The notes: generated by a model not told the origin, from the sequence alone. 60,209 nt of DNA from a virus (IMGVR_UViG_3300037518_000230:1-60209); one strand, 5' to 3'; shown: positions 30,365 to 40,203, counted from the stretch's first letter. Made by a program: numbers and translations.

Positions 30365-31681
30365 TCAGCACTCCGCGACTTCAAAGCTCGTCAACGGGAA
30401 GAAGCTAGTCTCGGTCGGATCAGGCGAGAGCGGTCCAAGCGGCGTGTTGCAGCGGACATCCTGGAAGCGAACATTGGTCCAGGGAGCCCACGACAAGATG
30501 CGAGGTCGCAATTCGACACGGCGCTCAATACAAGTCTCGTCATTAACCGTCCAGGTTAGAAGACGTCCACCGTCAGAAGCAAAGTACGGTGTGGCGCTCT
30601 CCGGGTACGAGTTACCGGCATTGTTCATGTTGAGGTACTGCCCTTGCAGCAGTTCAACATTTCCGATACGAGAGGTCAGCATATAAACATCTGACCGGTT
30701 CGGACCCTTCTGCAACTCCCAGTCGTAGGGGAGCAAAGGGATTTCGAAGCCGTCAAGAAAAATGCGCCCGGCACCGAACATGCCGCCGTTTAGATTATCC
30801 CGGAAGGTGCGAGCCTCGAAAGTGTTGAGATTGGCTTCGTTGAAAGCCACGCCAGGGCAGACACTCCAGCAGGTGTAAGCGTCGAGCAAACAACGAGTCA
30901 TTTGCTCGGTCATAACAAGAACAATATCGCCAACTCGCAAGCGCTGTGCGTTCAACTGAGGAGACCAGCGGATGCGCTGGCGAATGTTCCGGAAGACGTC
31001 GAGCAGAACGTCGATGAAGTCGTAAGTCGCCGGAATAGCAGCGCCGTTTACGGTAACTCCAGCGCCCCCGTCTAGACTGTTCGAGTTCCAATCAACAACG
31101 ACACTATCCATCAACTGACAGAGCTTGCCGTCCGAGTTGGTATAACCGGTTTTCACAAGCCGTTCAAATCCATCGAACTGCCCACCGGTCGTGTTGTTGC
31201 CGATCACTAACAGGCGCTTGAGGTCCTGCATGATAATCTCAGTCGCCCAGCGCATGTCGAATTCGCGATCGTCAGTAATCAGAGTGCCATCGAGACGATA
31301 GCGAGGCTGCGTCTCGCAGTAGCGCTCGTCATTCTCGGTGATATCGCGGGTCGGTCCCTTGCGGCGAAGACGCCCGAAGTCGTTCAGGGTAAAGTCGCAC
31401 TTGCCCCATTCGACACCGTTCGGCTCGGCGCATGGATCGGCCAGATAACCAGCGGTTGCAGCACCGCCGGAATATTCAGGCCGTACCCAAGCGATAAACT
31501 CTTTTTTAATCAGACAGACGTCCGAAGACTCCCATCCGATCCAGTCGAGTAAGGGCTCCTGCTCCTGAAACGACAACGACATAATATCGTTGTCAGCGCA
31601 CAGATCGAAAATCCCACAACAGCCGTAAATGGTTGCCAGAGAACTCTCGGTCAGGCGTGCTACTGCAAATTTGTTCTTCAT
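30365..31681 (-). CDS. Major capsid protein
   Basis: Follows protease/scaffold; IGNNTTGGQFDGFERLV; 438 aa; strong RBS and downstream hairpin. Confidence 0.8.
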   Translation of the reverse strand: MKNKFAVARLTESSLATIYGCCGIFDLCADNDIMSLSFQEQEPLLDWIGWESSDVCLIKKEFIAWVRPEYSGGAATAGYLADPCAEPNGVEWGKCDFTLNDFGRLRRKGPTRDITENDERYCETQPRYRLDGTLITDDREFDMRWATEIIMQDLKRLLVIGNNTTGGQFDGFERLVKTGYTNSDGKLCQLMDSVVVDWNSNSLDGGAGVTVNGAAIPATYDFIDVLLDVFRNIRQRIRWSPQLNAQRLRVGDIVLVMTEQMTRCLLDAYTCWSVCPGVAFNEANLNTFEARTFRDNLNGGMFGAGRIFLDGFEIPLLPYDWELQKGPNRSDVYMLTSRIGNVELLQGQYLNMNNAGNSYPESATPYFASDGGRLLTWTVNDETCIERRVELRPRILSWAPWTNVRFQDVRCNTPLGPLSPDPTETSFFPLTSFEVAEC

Positions 31682-31726
31682 AGAATTTCTCTCCTAGTTT
31701 CCTTCGCGTCAATTAGCTTCCGATCT

Positions 31727-33337
31727 TCAGGAAGGCATATTCGCGAGAGTTCCTTCGGCAACCGCCGACATGGGGATTTCCTCATCCTCGCTCTCGGCAC
31801 TGTTGCGAACGGTGCGAGGGCGATACGTTACCGCAACACGCTTCTGCTTCGGCAGATCGTTCTGCCACTCACGCTTTTTCTCGTCGTCGTCACGCTCCAG
31901 CTTGTCGAGACGTTTCTTGGACTGAAGAATGTGCTTCCCCGTCTCCTTGTCGAGGTTCGCGATGCTCTCTTGAACCTCGGCTACTGAGTCGGCAAGACGA
32001 CCGATCTTGTCGTTGAGACCGGTAAAGACTTCGCTCTTGACAAAGCTCTGGGCGATCGCCTCGATAACCTCATCGGTGATCTCGACTACCGGCTCTGCGG
32101 TTGCCTCGGCCTCGTCTTCTTCTTCATCCTCTTCGACCTCGACCTCGACTTCGACCTCATCCTCGGTGCTCCGGGTAATCAGATCGTTATCGACAATCGA
32201 ACGATTGGTGTTATCCACCTTCTCGGCCAACGCTTCGACGGCTTCCGCATTCTCTTCACCGGCGAGGCGCATCAAGGCCCCTTTGATCTTGTCATTCATT
32301 CTCTTAACCTCCGTGGGGATTGAATGGGTGAACCATGATGCGGCTTCGTCTTCGAGAACGGTGGACATCTCGACACAAACGCCGCGCTTGTAAACCGGGA
32401 TCGTGATCCCGTCTGAAATTTGATAAAGCTCTGGATTGTCCGATCGGAAGCCGATACTCTCACCCCATGTATCCGGCTCACGTTGCCGGGCCTCGATCTC
32501 GAAGCGCGCCCACTCATTCTCTTCCGGATCGTCGTATAGCCCGCTGGTAATAAAGACATTATCGTCACGAGCAAGGTAGTCTGCCATGCCGGTACGCGTC
32601 TCTTCCCCCAGGTGATAGAGTTGGCGCATTGGATAGTCGCCCGTTTCCTGTGCATTGGCGATGAAGCTGTCGAAGAGATCGCGACTATCAATCTCGCCGA
32701 CCCGGTTAAGGACTGACGTCGCCGAGATCGAGAACCAGCGCCACTTCCCATCAGCCTGCCTGAAAATCTTCGTGCGCCCGACCGGAACAAACTCCTCCAT
32801 GACCTGAACCGGCTCGCCGAGCTCGACGGACCCATTAGAGCCGATCATTACATCGGCTCGGTAGAGTTTACCGCCTGAGGAATACACCGCGAAGTGCATC
32901 CCGTCATCATCCATATAAAGGTCGTTAAGCCATGCGTAATAATCAATCCTTTCGATCTCGTCCCATACCGCGTAATAAACCGCATTCATGTTGATCGCGC
33001 GCTCTTCCGTCTCCCCGCCAAGCAGCGATAGCGTCCGACTGATCGATTCGATCATGCCCCGTAAGAGCCCCTTGATAAGGCCGGTACTGCCTTCGTCCCT
33101 TACGGTAACTGTAAGATTGCTGCTCCCTTTCGCCATACTTAATCTCTCCTCTTCGTCGAGTACAACCCCGTTGGCCTGGGCGAAGGCGCTCCCCTCACAC
33201 TCCCCCATCTCGCCATCGTCATCCATGCAAGCCTCGAAAGCATCATTGAAAATTGCGACCCATTGCTCGCGATCGCCCTCTTCTAGCTCCTGTATGTAGT
33301 CCGGAAGTTCGGGATCGTTCGGGCCACTATAAGGCAT
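31727..33337 (-). CDS. ChaB-like domain, capsid maturation protease and scaffold
   Basis: MPYSGPNDPELPDYI..QWVAIFNDAF (ChaB-like); NRVGEID..YH..ESIGF..EMSTV; acidic coiled-coil C-terminus. Confidence 0.75.
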   Translation of the reverse strand: MPYSGPNDPELPDYIQELEEGDREQWVAIFNDAFEACMDDDGEMGECEGSAFAQANGVVLDEEERLSMAKGSSNLTVTVRDEGSTGLIKGLLRGMIESISRTLSLLGGETEERAINMNAVYYAVWDEIERIDYYAWLNDLYMDDDGMHFAVYSSGGKLYRADVMIGSNGSVELGEPVQVMEEFVPVGRTKIFRQADGKWRWFSISATSVLNRVGEIDSRDLFDSFIANAQETGDYPMRQLYHLGEETRTGMADYLARDDNVFITSGLYDDPEENEWARFEIEARQREPDTWGESIGFRSDNPELYQISDGITIPVYKRGVCVEMSTVLEDEAASWFTHSIPTEVKRMNDKIKGALMRLAGEENAEAVEALAEKVDNTNRSIVDNDLITRSTEDEVEVEVEVEEDEEEDEAEATAEPVVEITDEVIEAIAQSFVKSEVFTGLNDKIGRLADSVAEVQESIANLDKETGKHILQSKKRLDKLERDDDEKKREWQNDLPKQKRVAVTYRPRTVRNSAESEDEEIPMSAVAEGTLANMPS

Positions 33338-33482
33338 GAAACCTCGCTTAAGAAATAAAGAGCCGCTCCGGATCGGAACGGCTCTCGAACAGTCTCGAAG
33401 GACTTACGGCCTTTGATTTTTGACAACGGCGCTTAGGCAAACTGGTTTTACTTAGTATAAGTGGCTCGTTGTCTTGATGCCA

Positions 33483-33511
33483 ATCTTAGATGGACATACT
33501 CGATTTGTCAA
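33483..33511 (-). promoter_or_regulatory. Promoter for the capsid operon, with operator core
   Basis: Minus-strand TTGACA-17-TAAGAT with ATGTCCAT in the spacer. Confidence 0.65.
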
Positions 33512-33555
33512 GTAGGTCTATGCGAAGTTCGTAAGTCCGCTGTAAGATAAAGGGC

Positions 33556-33585
33556 TTGACAAAATGGACATTTCGGTTATACTAT
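33556..33585 (+). promoter_or_regulatory. Operator-containing promoter
   Basis: TTGACAAAATGGACATTT...TATACT. Confidence 0.8.
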
Positions 33586-33606
33586 GAGTAAGAAAGAGAG
33601 AGAACG

Positions 33607-33870
33607 ATGACGACTTCCAGAAAAACCAAAATCAATCGAATAACGATCGGCGGCGTACTAACGACCGTTGAGCGTGGCTTCGATCGCCGGACCCGCTTTA
33701 CCGATCAGAAAGTCTCGAACCGCTGGATCGCCGCTGCGACCGAAGCCGATATGCAAGTCTCGATCTCGGAAGGAACCGTTACCTTCTCGCGTGAGATTGA
33801 AGCCGACTATCTCGAAGCCCGGCTCGACCGGCTCGCCGAACTGTTCGCCCGAATCTCAGAGGATGTGTGA
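33607..33870 (+). CDS. Hypothetical protein
   Basis: First ORF after the promoter. Confidence 0.6.
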   Translation: MTTSRKTKINRITIGGVLTTVERGFDRRTRFTDQKVSNRWIAAATEADMQVSISEGTVTFSREIEADYLEARLDRLAELFARISEDV

Positions 33871-33871
33871 A

Positions 33872-34183
33872 ATGAGCGCTGAATATATTTGTAGCGGATG
33901 CCTCGCCGTTTCTAGCGAGGGTTACTGGACCGATAGCGAAGATGGAAAAGCCTTCTATGTGTGCAATTATAAATGCGAGCAGAAGGCCCGAACCAAGCTC
34001 GAAACCCGGCCGGATAGCGTAGCAAGTGTGCGATCGGCGAAGGTCGTCGATGTCATGGCCCGCTTCGAAGAAGGACACTATATGGGCCCGAACGATCTCT
34101 ACTGCCTGGAAGACGCACGCCGGAATGGGCTCCTGAACCGGGAAGAGCTCGACATGCTCGACGACTACCTCGGCGATTGGTAA
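33872..34183 (+). CDS. Small zinc-finger-like protein
   Basis: CSGC...CNYKC. Confidence 0.55.
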   Translation: MSAEYICSGCLAVSSEGYWTDSEDGKAFYVCNYKCEQKARTKLETRPDSVASVRSAKVVDVMARFEEGHYMGPNDLYCLEDARRNGLLNREELDMLDDYLGDW

Positions 34184-34204
34184 GGTCCCTGTAAGCTGGA
34201 TCGC

Positions 34205-34233
34205 TTGACAAAATGTCCATTTTAGTCTATACT
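34205..34233 (+). promoter_or_regulatory. Operator-containing promoter
   Basis: TTGACA AAATGTCCATTT ... TATACT, 17-bp spacer. Confidence 0.8.
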
Positions 34234-34269
34234 TGGTCATAGAGAGAACGAGAGAGAGAGAGACGATCA

Positions 34270-34521
34270 ATGACCAAGAGCGAGCGACTAAAAAAGGTCC
34301 GACGAGAACAAAAACAACGAGCGATCGGAATGCTCGGCGGGAAATGCGAAGATTGTAGCTCGACTTCCGAGCTCGAATTTCACCACGAAGACCCGGCGAG
34401 TAAAGCCTTCAATATCGGTCAGTACCTCGGCCGAATCCGATGGGCCCGGATCGAAGAAGAAGTCGTAAAGTGCTCGCTGAAGTGCCGGACCTGCCACGAA
34501 GAATTTCACGGACTATGCTAG
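34270..34521 (+). CDS. HNH endonuclease-like protein
   Basis: GGKCEDC..LEFHHEDP..K..CRTCH. Confidence 0.8.
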   Translation: MTKSERLKKVRREQKQRAIGMLGGKCEDCSSTSELEFHHEDPASKAFNIGQYLGRIRWARIEEEVVKCSLKCRTCHEEFHGLC

Positions 34522-34564
34522 ACCGAAGCTACATTTCAAAATCTCTAAGCCTGGGAGGGCTAAA

Positions 34565-34792
34565 ATGATCGCACCCCTGGAAATCAACTTAATCGTTCGC
34601 CGATCGCTCGAAGATATCGAGCGTGGCGATCTCCTCACCGTCGAACTTCCCGACGGCCAGCGCTCCGGCGCACGCTTCTTATACTGGGACGGCAACCTCG
34701 CGGTTGTCGCGCTAGTCGGGCTCGAAGCACCCGCTCCGCACAAAATCGGAGATTGCTTCGCTCTCTCTCACTCGGCGATCATCGACTGGTGA
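34565..34792 (+). CDS. Hypothetical protein
   Basis: GGAGG RBS; hairpin at 34800-34828 follows. Confidence 0.55.
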   Translation: MIAPLEINLIVRRSLEDIERGDLLTVELPDGQRSGARFLYWDGNLAVVALVGLEAPAPHKIGDCFALSHSAIIDW

Positions 34793-34860
34793 CCGCCACG
34801 GAGGGAGGGGCTCTCTCCCCTCCCTCCATACCCTACCCTGAGAGAGATAGGATACCGATA

Positions 34861-35418
34861 ATGCAGATACCGATGTTCGAAACAGAAACGACAACCGAGA
34901 AGATGAACTTCTCGACCCTGCTCTCCGTGATCGACGACGTGCCACTCTTCCGGGCCATGGATGAAGAGTTCTCCCGGATGGAGATCGTAGAAGACGAAAT
35001 CGAGAAGGCCAGGATCAAGCACGGCGAAGTCGAGCGAGGCCCGCTATGGAATAGCTTCATGGCCTGCAAGCCGTCGGAGCTCTTCTACACAAGCCGCTAT
35101 AGCGACAACCTGTATCGCGCTCACGTTCGAGAAATCCTTGATCGGGTTGCGATCGCCCCGGACAAACCGAAGGCGCTTGAACCGGCCACCGACGCCGAGG
35201 TTATGATCCTGCTGATCGAAGCAAGCCTTAGGGCTCCTCTCAAGGACGGCTATTTTATCGTCTATGCTAAGCTCTTCCATAAGCGCTTCTCATACTTGGC
35301 AGCGAAGACCTTTGGATCGATCGAGCTCCCTGTCGAATCGTGGCCCGGCCGGACCGAGGAACTCCTCGGTGAGATCAGACGAAAGATGACAATAAAGCGA
35401 GGACACGATGAAGAATAA
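34861..35418 (+). CDS. Hypothetical protein
   Basis: YRAHVREILDRV...PATDAEV. Confidence 0.6.
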   Translation: MQIPMFETETTTEKMNFSTLLSVIDDVPLFRAMDEEFSRMEIVEDEIEKARIKHGEVERGPLWNSFMACKPSELFYTSRYSDNLYRAHVREILDRVAIAPDKPKALEPATDAEVMILLIEASLRAPLKDGYFIVYAKLFHKRFSYLAAKTFGSIELPVESWPGRTEELLGEIRRKMTIKRGHDEE

Positions 35419-35743
35419 AACCGGATGCCCGCATACCTCAGCGTCACAACCGTGTACGATCTGTGCCGAAGTTTACCGAGCGCTTGATGCACTCTTCCCG
35501 AAGGGATGGGAAAAAGACGACATACTCAGTCTCGGATCGACCGTTGAGGGCGTCGTCAAGACATCGTTCGAAGATATGCAACGAGCCGAAGCCGCCGAAG
35601 CCGAGATCGAGCGGCTGTGGGAGGCGCTGGGAAGTGTTCGCGGTTTGCTTGAGCCGTATCCTATAGAGAATTTCCGGGTCACTCATACGATGTACTCGGA
35701 TTGGTGGAACAAGATTGGTGATCTGCTAGGAGCCAATGCTTAG
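35408..35743 (+). CDS. Small cassette protein (shares its C-terminal module with 36216..36482)
   Basis: IERLWEALGSVRGLLEPYPI. Confidence 0.6.
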   Translation: MKNKTGCPHTSASQPCTICAEVYRALDALFPKGWEKDDILSLGSTVEGVVKTSFEDMQRAEAAEAEIERLWEALGSVRGLLEPYPIENFRVTHTMYSDWWNKIGDLLGANA

Positions 35744-35753
35744 GAGGCCGACG

Positions 35754-35966
35754 ATGAATAGTTACCTTGATGATTTGAGAGTTGGATTGCGGAAAGCCAT
35801 TCAAGAATGGATGGATGCTGTTTGCGAGGATAGCGCCTGGGAAGGTCTTGATACCTATGTGGCAAACGACACAGCATTGTATATGGCCGACGCAGCCATA
35901 CAGGTTTTGGCGGCTCAAGCAGCCTTGTCTAAGATGTTACGAGATGATTACGGTGTGGATATATAG
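35754..35966 (+). CDS. Small cassette protein
   Basis: Starts within GGAGGCCGACGATGA. Confidence 0.6.
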   Translation: MNSYLDDLRVGLRKAIQEWMDAVCEDSAWEGLDTYVANDTALYMADAAIQVLAAQAALSKMLRDDYGVDI

Positions 35967-35977
35967 GGAGGCCGACG

Positions 35978-36223
35978 ATGAACGCAATTGAAGCGGCAAG
36001 GCTGCTGCGAGATGCGGCAGGGCTAATTGGTTCTTACGGCGAATACTACACTACGGGATCAACAAATCCTGTATCAGTCCACGAGGAACATATCAATCTG
36101 CTGCGGCGGCTGGCTGAAAACATAGAGAGCATGTCTAGGGCTATAGAAGAATATCCGGCGCTGACGACAGGTATGGATTATTTCTTGGACGAATTGCTAA
36201 GACAGGAGGCCGACGATGAGTGA
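35978..36223 (+). CDS. Small cassette protein (paralogue of 36674..36904)
   Basis: EAARLLRDAA...LLRRLAENIE. Confidence 0.6.
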   Translation: MNAIEAARLLRDAAGLIGSYGEYYTTGSTNPVSVHEEHINLLRRLAENIESMSRAIEEYPALTTGMDYFLDELLRQEADDE

Positions 36224-36482
36224 GTACGATGGCATAAACTGGGACAGAATGGCGTCGTTGTTGAATAACGACAAGTGGTCGGACTGGCGTGATGTCGTCG
36301 GTGAGCAGGAGAAGATCATCAAGGATCTGAAATCCAAGATCGAGCGGCTGCGGGAGGCGTTGGGGGGCGTACGCGGCTTGCTTGAGCCGTATCCTATACA
36401 ACACTTCGAAGTTACGCAAACGATGTATGCTGACTGGTGGCATAAGATCGGCGAAATACTGGATGCCGACGATGAAGCCTGA
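36216..36482 (+). CDS. Small cassette protein
   Basis: IERLREALGGVRGLLEPYPI. Confidence 0.6.
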   Translation: MSEYDGINWDRMASLLNNDKWSDWRDVVGEQEKIIKDLKSKIERLREALGGVRGLLEPYPIQHFEVTQTMYADWWHKIGEILDADDEA

Positions 36483-36684
36483 CATTTATCGCAAACTCAA
36501 CGCCTGGGAGGTGTGGACCAATGGTGTCAAGCTTATTGTCACCGGTATGCCAGCAATGGACGATGATGAACATAACTGCGATCAGATGCAGTGTGGATTA
36601 CACCATGTGATCGTACGAGGTAGTATCACTCTATTGGGTGTGGCGTTCAACTCAATACCGCAGGAGGCCGCCGATGAAGGCTAA
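36472..36684 (+). CDS. Small cassette protein
   Basis: HNCDQMQC; ends QEAADEG. Confidence 0.55.
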   Translation: MKPDIYRKLNAWEVWTNGVKLIVTGMPAMDDDEHNCDQMQCGLHHVIVRGSITLLGVAFNSIPQEAADEG

Positions 36685-36904
36685 AGAAGCCGCAAAGCTG
36701 CTGCGAGAGGCAAGCCGCGTCCTGGAACAGCACTATGATGAGTGTGAGGGCTATGAGGACGTCGAATATACGGATGTCGCCCTGCTGCGGCAGCTGGCTA
36801 CTAGGATCGAACTACTAGATGATCTAGCGGCACACAGCACAAAAGGTGTGACGCTAGATGCAAAGTGGGCGGTGGGTGTCTTGCTGGGCGAGGATAGTGA
36901 GTGA
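36674..36904 (+). CDS. Small cassette protein
   Basis: EAAKLLREAS...LLRQLATRIE. Confidence 0.6.
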   Translation: MKAKEAAKLLREASRVLEQHYDECEGYEDVEYTDVALLRQLATRIELLDDLAAHSTKGVTLDAKWAVGVLLGEDSE

Positions 36905-37221
36905 TGCAAATAACCTATATCCGAAAGTGGACCCGTAAAGGGGATTGGGATCAGGCAGTAATCCTTAGCCGTCCGGCTCGGATGGCAGGTGAAGGTGTTG
37001 TCATTGATAACGCCATAACAATTCGCAGCACAAAGAATTATTCCGGCTCCGGACCCACCGCCTTCGGATTCAAGCGCGGCGAGAAGGCTGAGTGGCCTCA
37101 CGTCGAACTCGCCGTAAGCCTTCCGGCTGGGAGAGAGGATTTGGCAGAATCGCTTGTGAAAGAGCTTATGGAGCAAATTGATCGGTTTGTGCTTGATAAC
37201 AATTTGGATGGTAGTGAGTGA
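36901..37221 (+). CDS. Hypothetical protein flanked by TAGTGAGTGATGC direct repeats
   Basis: Repeat at 36895-36907 and 37212-37224. Confidence 0.55.
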   Translation: MMQITYIRKWTRKGDWDQAVILSRPARMAGEGVVIDNAITIRSTKNYSGSGPTAFGFKRGEKAEWPHVELAVSLPAGREDLAESLVKELMEQIDRFVLDNNLDGSE

Positions 37222-37480
37222 TGCGCAATCCTCTATCGTACCTGGACGTATCCGGTTACCAGACATCCCGTATGCCACAGAAAGGAGACAAAATGCCTAC
37301 TCCACTCGAACGTGCTCGTCGTGTCGCCCCTGCCACCCTCGTTGATTGCGGGTGCGTAGCTATTCCGTACCTCGACGGGTCTGGCATAGAGATTGAATAC
37401 TGTGATCGCCACGCCGCAAGGACTGCCAGGGCGATGGATGGTAACAGGGAGCGTGCTTTAGGCTGGAGCATGGACGTCCT

Positions 37481-37960
37481 TTACTTACCGTTACTGCGAG
37501 CGTTTTCAGCGTAGCTGAACAGATCGACGGACTTAGAAGCCTGCTCGGCAGCCTTTAGATTCTTGACGGCGACGGCGTAGTAGGAGTCCTTGAGTTCAAT
37601 TCCTACAGCCCGGCGGCCAAGCAGGATGGCTTGATACGCTTCGCTCCCGATGCCCATGAATGGCGTCAAAACAAGCTCTCCTGGATTGCTCCAGAGCTTG
37701 ATGCAACGCTCAATAGTGCCAAGCTGCAGCGGGCAGATATGTTTTTCGTCACTCGCATCCCGTGCCGTGGTGAATTGCAACGTATCCGACTCACGGATGC
37801 CGAGCCATATGCCACCGGCCCAATCGATCCATGTCTCGTTGTCCAGCTCACCGTTCTCAACGGGCTTGATAGCAACTTTGTTTTCTCCTGGCTTCTTGAA
37901 TATCAGTATTTGATCCAGGATCGCAGGCCGGCGAGATTGTTCAATACTATCTGATCGAGT
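37481..37960 (-). pseudogene. 5'-truncated N4/N6 DNA methyltransferase remnant
   Basis: ILIFKKPGEN..DEKHICPLQLGTIER...VLTPFMGIGSE..GIELK; no catalytic xPPY/F motif; upstream in-frame stop. Confidence 0.8.
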
Positions 37961-38075
37961 TCTCGGATGTAGGCCCCGACATAATCGAGGCCGAGATCAT
38001 AGTCCCCACCGTCTTCGACGAGGATACCCCAAAGAAGAGCCCCTTCGAAGGGATCGACTTCCAGGCCCAGGGCTT

Positions 38076-38294
38076 CTAGTCAATCAACTTGGAAATCAGA
38101 GCATCGAGGCGAATCTCGACGAACCGGGAGCCTCGATGCTCCGAGCGCTGTCGGTTGCTATCGGCGAATTGTACATAGACCCCATCGAGGCGCGTGATTG
38201 TGCGGAAGACCGGGAGCCCATCCACCCGGACGAGGCCAGTATGGCTGACCTGAATACAATCGCCGTTCGGATCGACCATGCTCATCCCAACCAC
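38076..38294 (-). CDS. Hypothetical protein
   Basis: Coupled to the upstream head gene. Confidence 0.55.
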   Translation of the reverse strand: MVGMSMVDPNGDCIQVSHTGLVRVDGLPVFRTITRLDGVYVQFADSNRQRSEHRGSRFVEIRLDALISKLID

Positions 38295-38920
38295 TCCTCA
38301 CCCGTAAATGAGTTCCGGTACGAAAGAAAGCATTGACAATTACTGATACACGGCGTCCCCCCGCTCCCCGGATAATCACCGCTGAATGGGTCGTCTTCGA
38401 TCTTCGCCCATCCGATCGAAGCGTATCCCTCACAGCCGGTGCAATGTGCTGCTCCGGATGTAAGGTTCCATGATATCTCGTCGGCTCCCCAGGCTCCGGC
38501 GACCCTCTCATGGGCCCGCTCGAAACCCTCACGTGCGCTATTGATATACATTCGAGATCGGGCCGCGATCTGCGCCGGGGAGAGGTTCTCAAGATCATCT
38601 CGGAACCCGGATAGATAGCGGTACTGATCGGCAAGCATCCCGCCGACCGAGCCCCAGTCTGCCTGTGTCATTCGATCCCGGCCACCACGTCCTAAGATGT
38701 ACTGCCGGATATACTCGCGCTTGATCTCTTCCCGCATAGAGTTGTGCCACTCAGTCGGAGAAAGCGCCCCATCGCCTACCAGCGTTGCCAGGGCTCCCGT
38801 TACGTCGCCGGAAGATGAAATAGAGCTCGTCACATAGGCCCTAAGCCTAAAACGGCTTAGAAACGCTCCTGTGCCGTCGTTGCGGTATCTTGCCGCATTG
38901 CTATCCCAGGCCCACGCCAT
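38282..38920 (-). CDS. Head morphogenesis/minor capsid protein (MuF-like)
   Basis: WNLTSGAAHCTGC...PCISNCQC. Confidence 0.7.
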   Translation of the reverse strand: MAWAWDSNAARYRNDGTGAFLSRFRLRAYVTSSISSSGDVTGALATLVGDGALSPTEWHNSMREEIKREYIRQYILGRGGRDRMTQADWGSVGGMLADQYRYLSGFRDDLENLSPAQIAARSRMYINSAREGFERAHERVAGAWGADEISWNLTSGAAHCTGCEGYASIGWAKIEDDPFSGDYPGSGGTPCISNCQCFLSYRNSFTGEEWLG

Positions 38921-38923
38921 CGG

Positions 38924-39487
38924 TCAGCCTCCCCGTACTGCTACAATAACATCGTCTTCGATCCATGAGCGGGTATGAATAGGGCTCTCTCGAAACACCT
39001 TCCCGACTTCCGAGATCGAAGGCCAGCCATTCGTCACGTCGAAGAGCCGGGCATCGTCGATCATGATCGCGTGTCGCCCCGGCATCAGTTCGTTAATCGC
39101 CCTGATCTCGTCGAGCACCGGGCATACCGGGAGCTCACTCTCGGATGCCTTCCAGTCGAGATCACGCGACCAATGCGCGTCGAGCCAGAACAGGACCGGC
39201 ACACGACTAACATAGATGTCAATAATGTTTCGGAGCCCGGTTGGGCTCGATCCTAAGAAGGAGACGACATTGAGCCGTCCCTCAAGCAAGTCATTGGCCC
39301 GATCGAAGTATCGCTGATGCGCTTCGAGCGTAAAGACGTAATCGAAATGATCCGAGGCCCAATGCGCCGATCGCCCCAGAAACGTTCCCGTCTCGACAAA
39401 ATGGTTGAGCCGATAACGCCTCTTTAGCCGGAGCGCAATCTTCGGGTGAATACCACGATGAACGATCCCCATCAGACCGGTATCCAT
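38924..39487 (-). CDS. Class I SAM-dependent methyltransferase-like protein
   Basis: FVETGTFLGRS, FWLDAH, MIDDARLF. Confidence 0.8.
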   Translation of the reverse strand: MDTGLMGIVHRGIHPKIALRLKRRYRLNHFVETGTFLGRSAHWASDHFDYVFTLEAHQRYFDRANDLLEGRLNVVSFLGSSPTGLRNIIDIYVSRVPVLFWLDAHWSRDLDWKASESELPVCPVLDEIRAINELMPGRHAIMIDDARLFDVTNGWPSISEVGKVFRESPIHTRSWIEDDVIVAVRGG

Positions 39488-40203
39488 TCTTCAAGTGCGC
39501 CCGCCTGTTCGAGCGCCATAACCACATCTCGATCAAAGCCTTTGAGATTAATCCCCGGCCGGTGATGACGTAAGACCGGCGTGTATTTGAGCGGATGCGC
39601 GTCCGTGCCTAGTATAAGTGGGGAGGGCTTCGCGTACAGGCGCTTGCTCCCGTTGACTTCGGCCTCCCAGGGCGACTCCTCCGGCCGGAGCGCTTGTTGG
39701 AGAAGGGAGACGTCCCATATTGCCGCCTGAAAAGACATCAGGTATGGGGCCTTGTTCGACGAGCGAATGATCTTGAACTTAGAGCTATCGGAGCGCCTTC
39801 CGGCGGCGTAGTTCTGGTGCGCCTTTGAGACGCGATCGGCGCTAAGATCAACCCGCAAGATATCCGAGCGCGTCTCGATCGCCACATACGAGGCATCGAT
39901 CACGTCGATATCGACCGGTGCGCGTAGCCAATAGTCTTCGAGCATCAGTAGCGCGTAGCGGCTTCCGAGTATCGAGAGCGCCCGGAATAAGCCCTCCGAC
40001 CAGCGCCGCTTCGGATAGTTGATAGGAGCGATCGAGCGAAACGAGAAGTTAGAAGGGAGCTCGAAATCCGGAGCACGGAAGCCAAAGACCTGCACCGGCT
40101 GATGCTCGCCCCAGTACCGGTTGAAAAGTAACGAGAAGCCCCGTAAGGCCCATAGGTACTGATCGCTTGTAAGAACGATCACCGGAACGTCGATAACTCT
40201 CAT
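39472..40203 (-). CDS. Putative glycosyltransferase (GT-A-like)
   Basis: VLTSDQY, LLMLEDYWL, SFQAAIW, SPWEAE. Confidence 0.65.
   Translation of the reverse strand: MRVIDVPVIVLTSDQYLWALRGFSLLFNRYWGEHQPVQVFGFRAPDFELPSNFSFRSIAPINYPKRRWSEGLFRALSILGSRYALLMLEDYWLRAPVDIDVIDASYVAIETRSDILRVDLSADRVSKAHQNYAAGRRSDSSKFKIIRSSNKAPYLMSFQAAIWDVSLLQQALRPEESPWEAEVNGSKRLYAKPSPLILGTDAHPLKYTPVLRHHRPGINLKGFDRDVVMALEQAGALEEWIPV

Noticed and set aside
35603-36460. Diversity-generating retroelement TR/VR pair
   Set aside because: No reverse transcriptase in the genome, and the differences are not confined to adenines.
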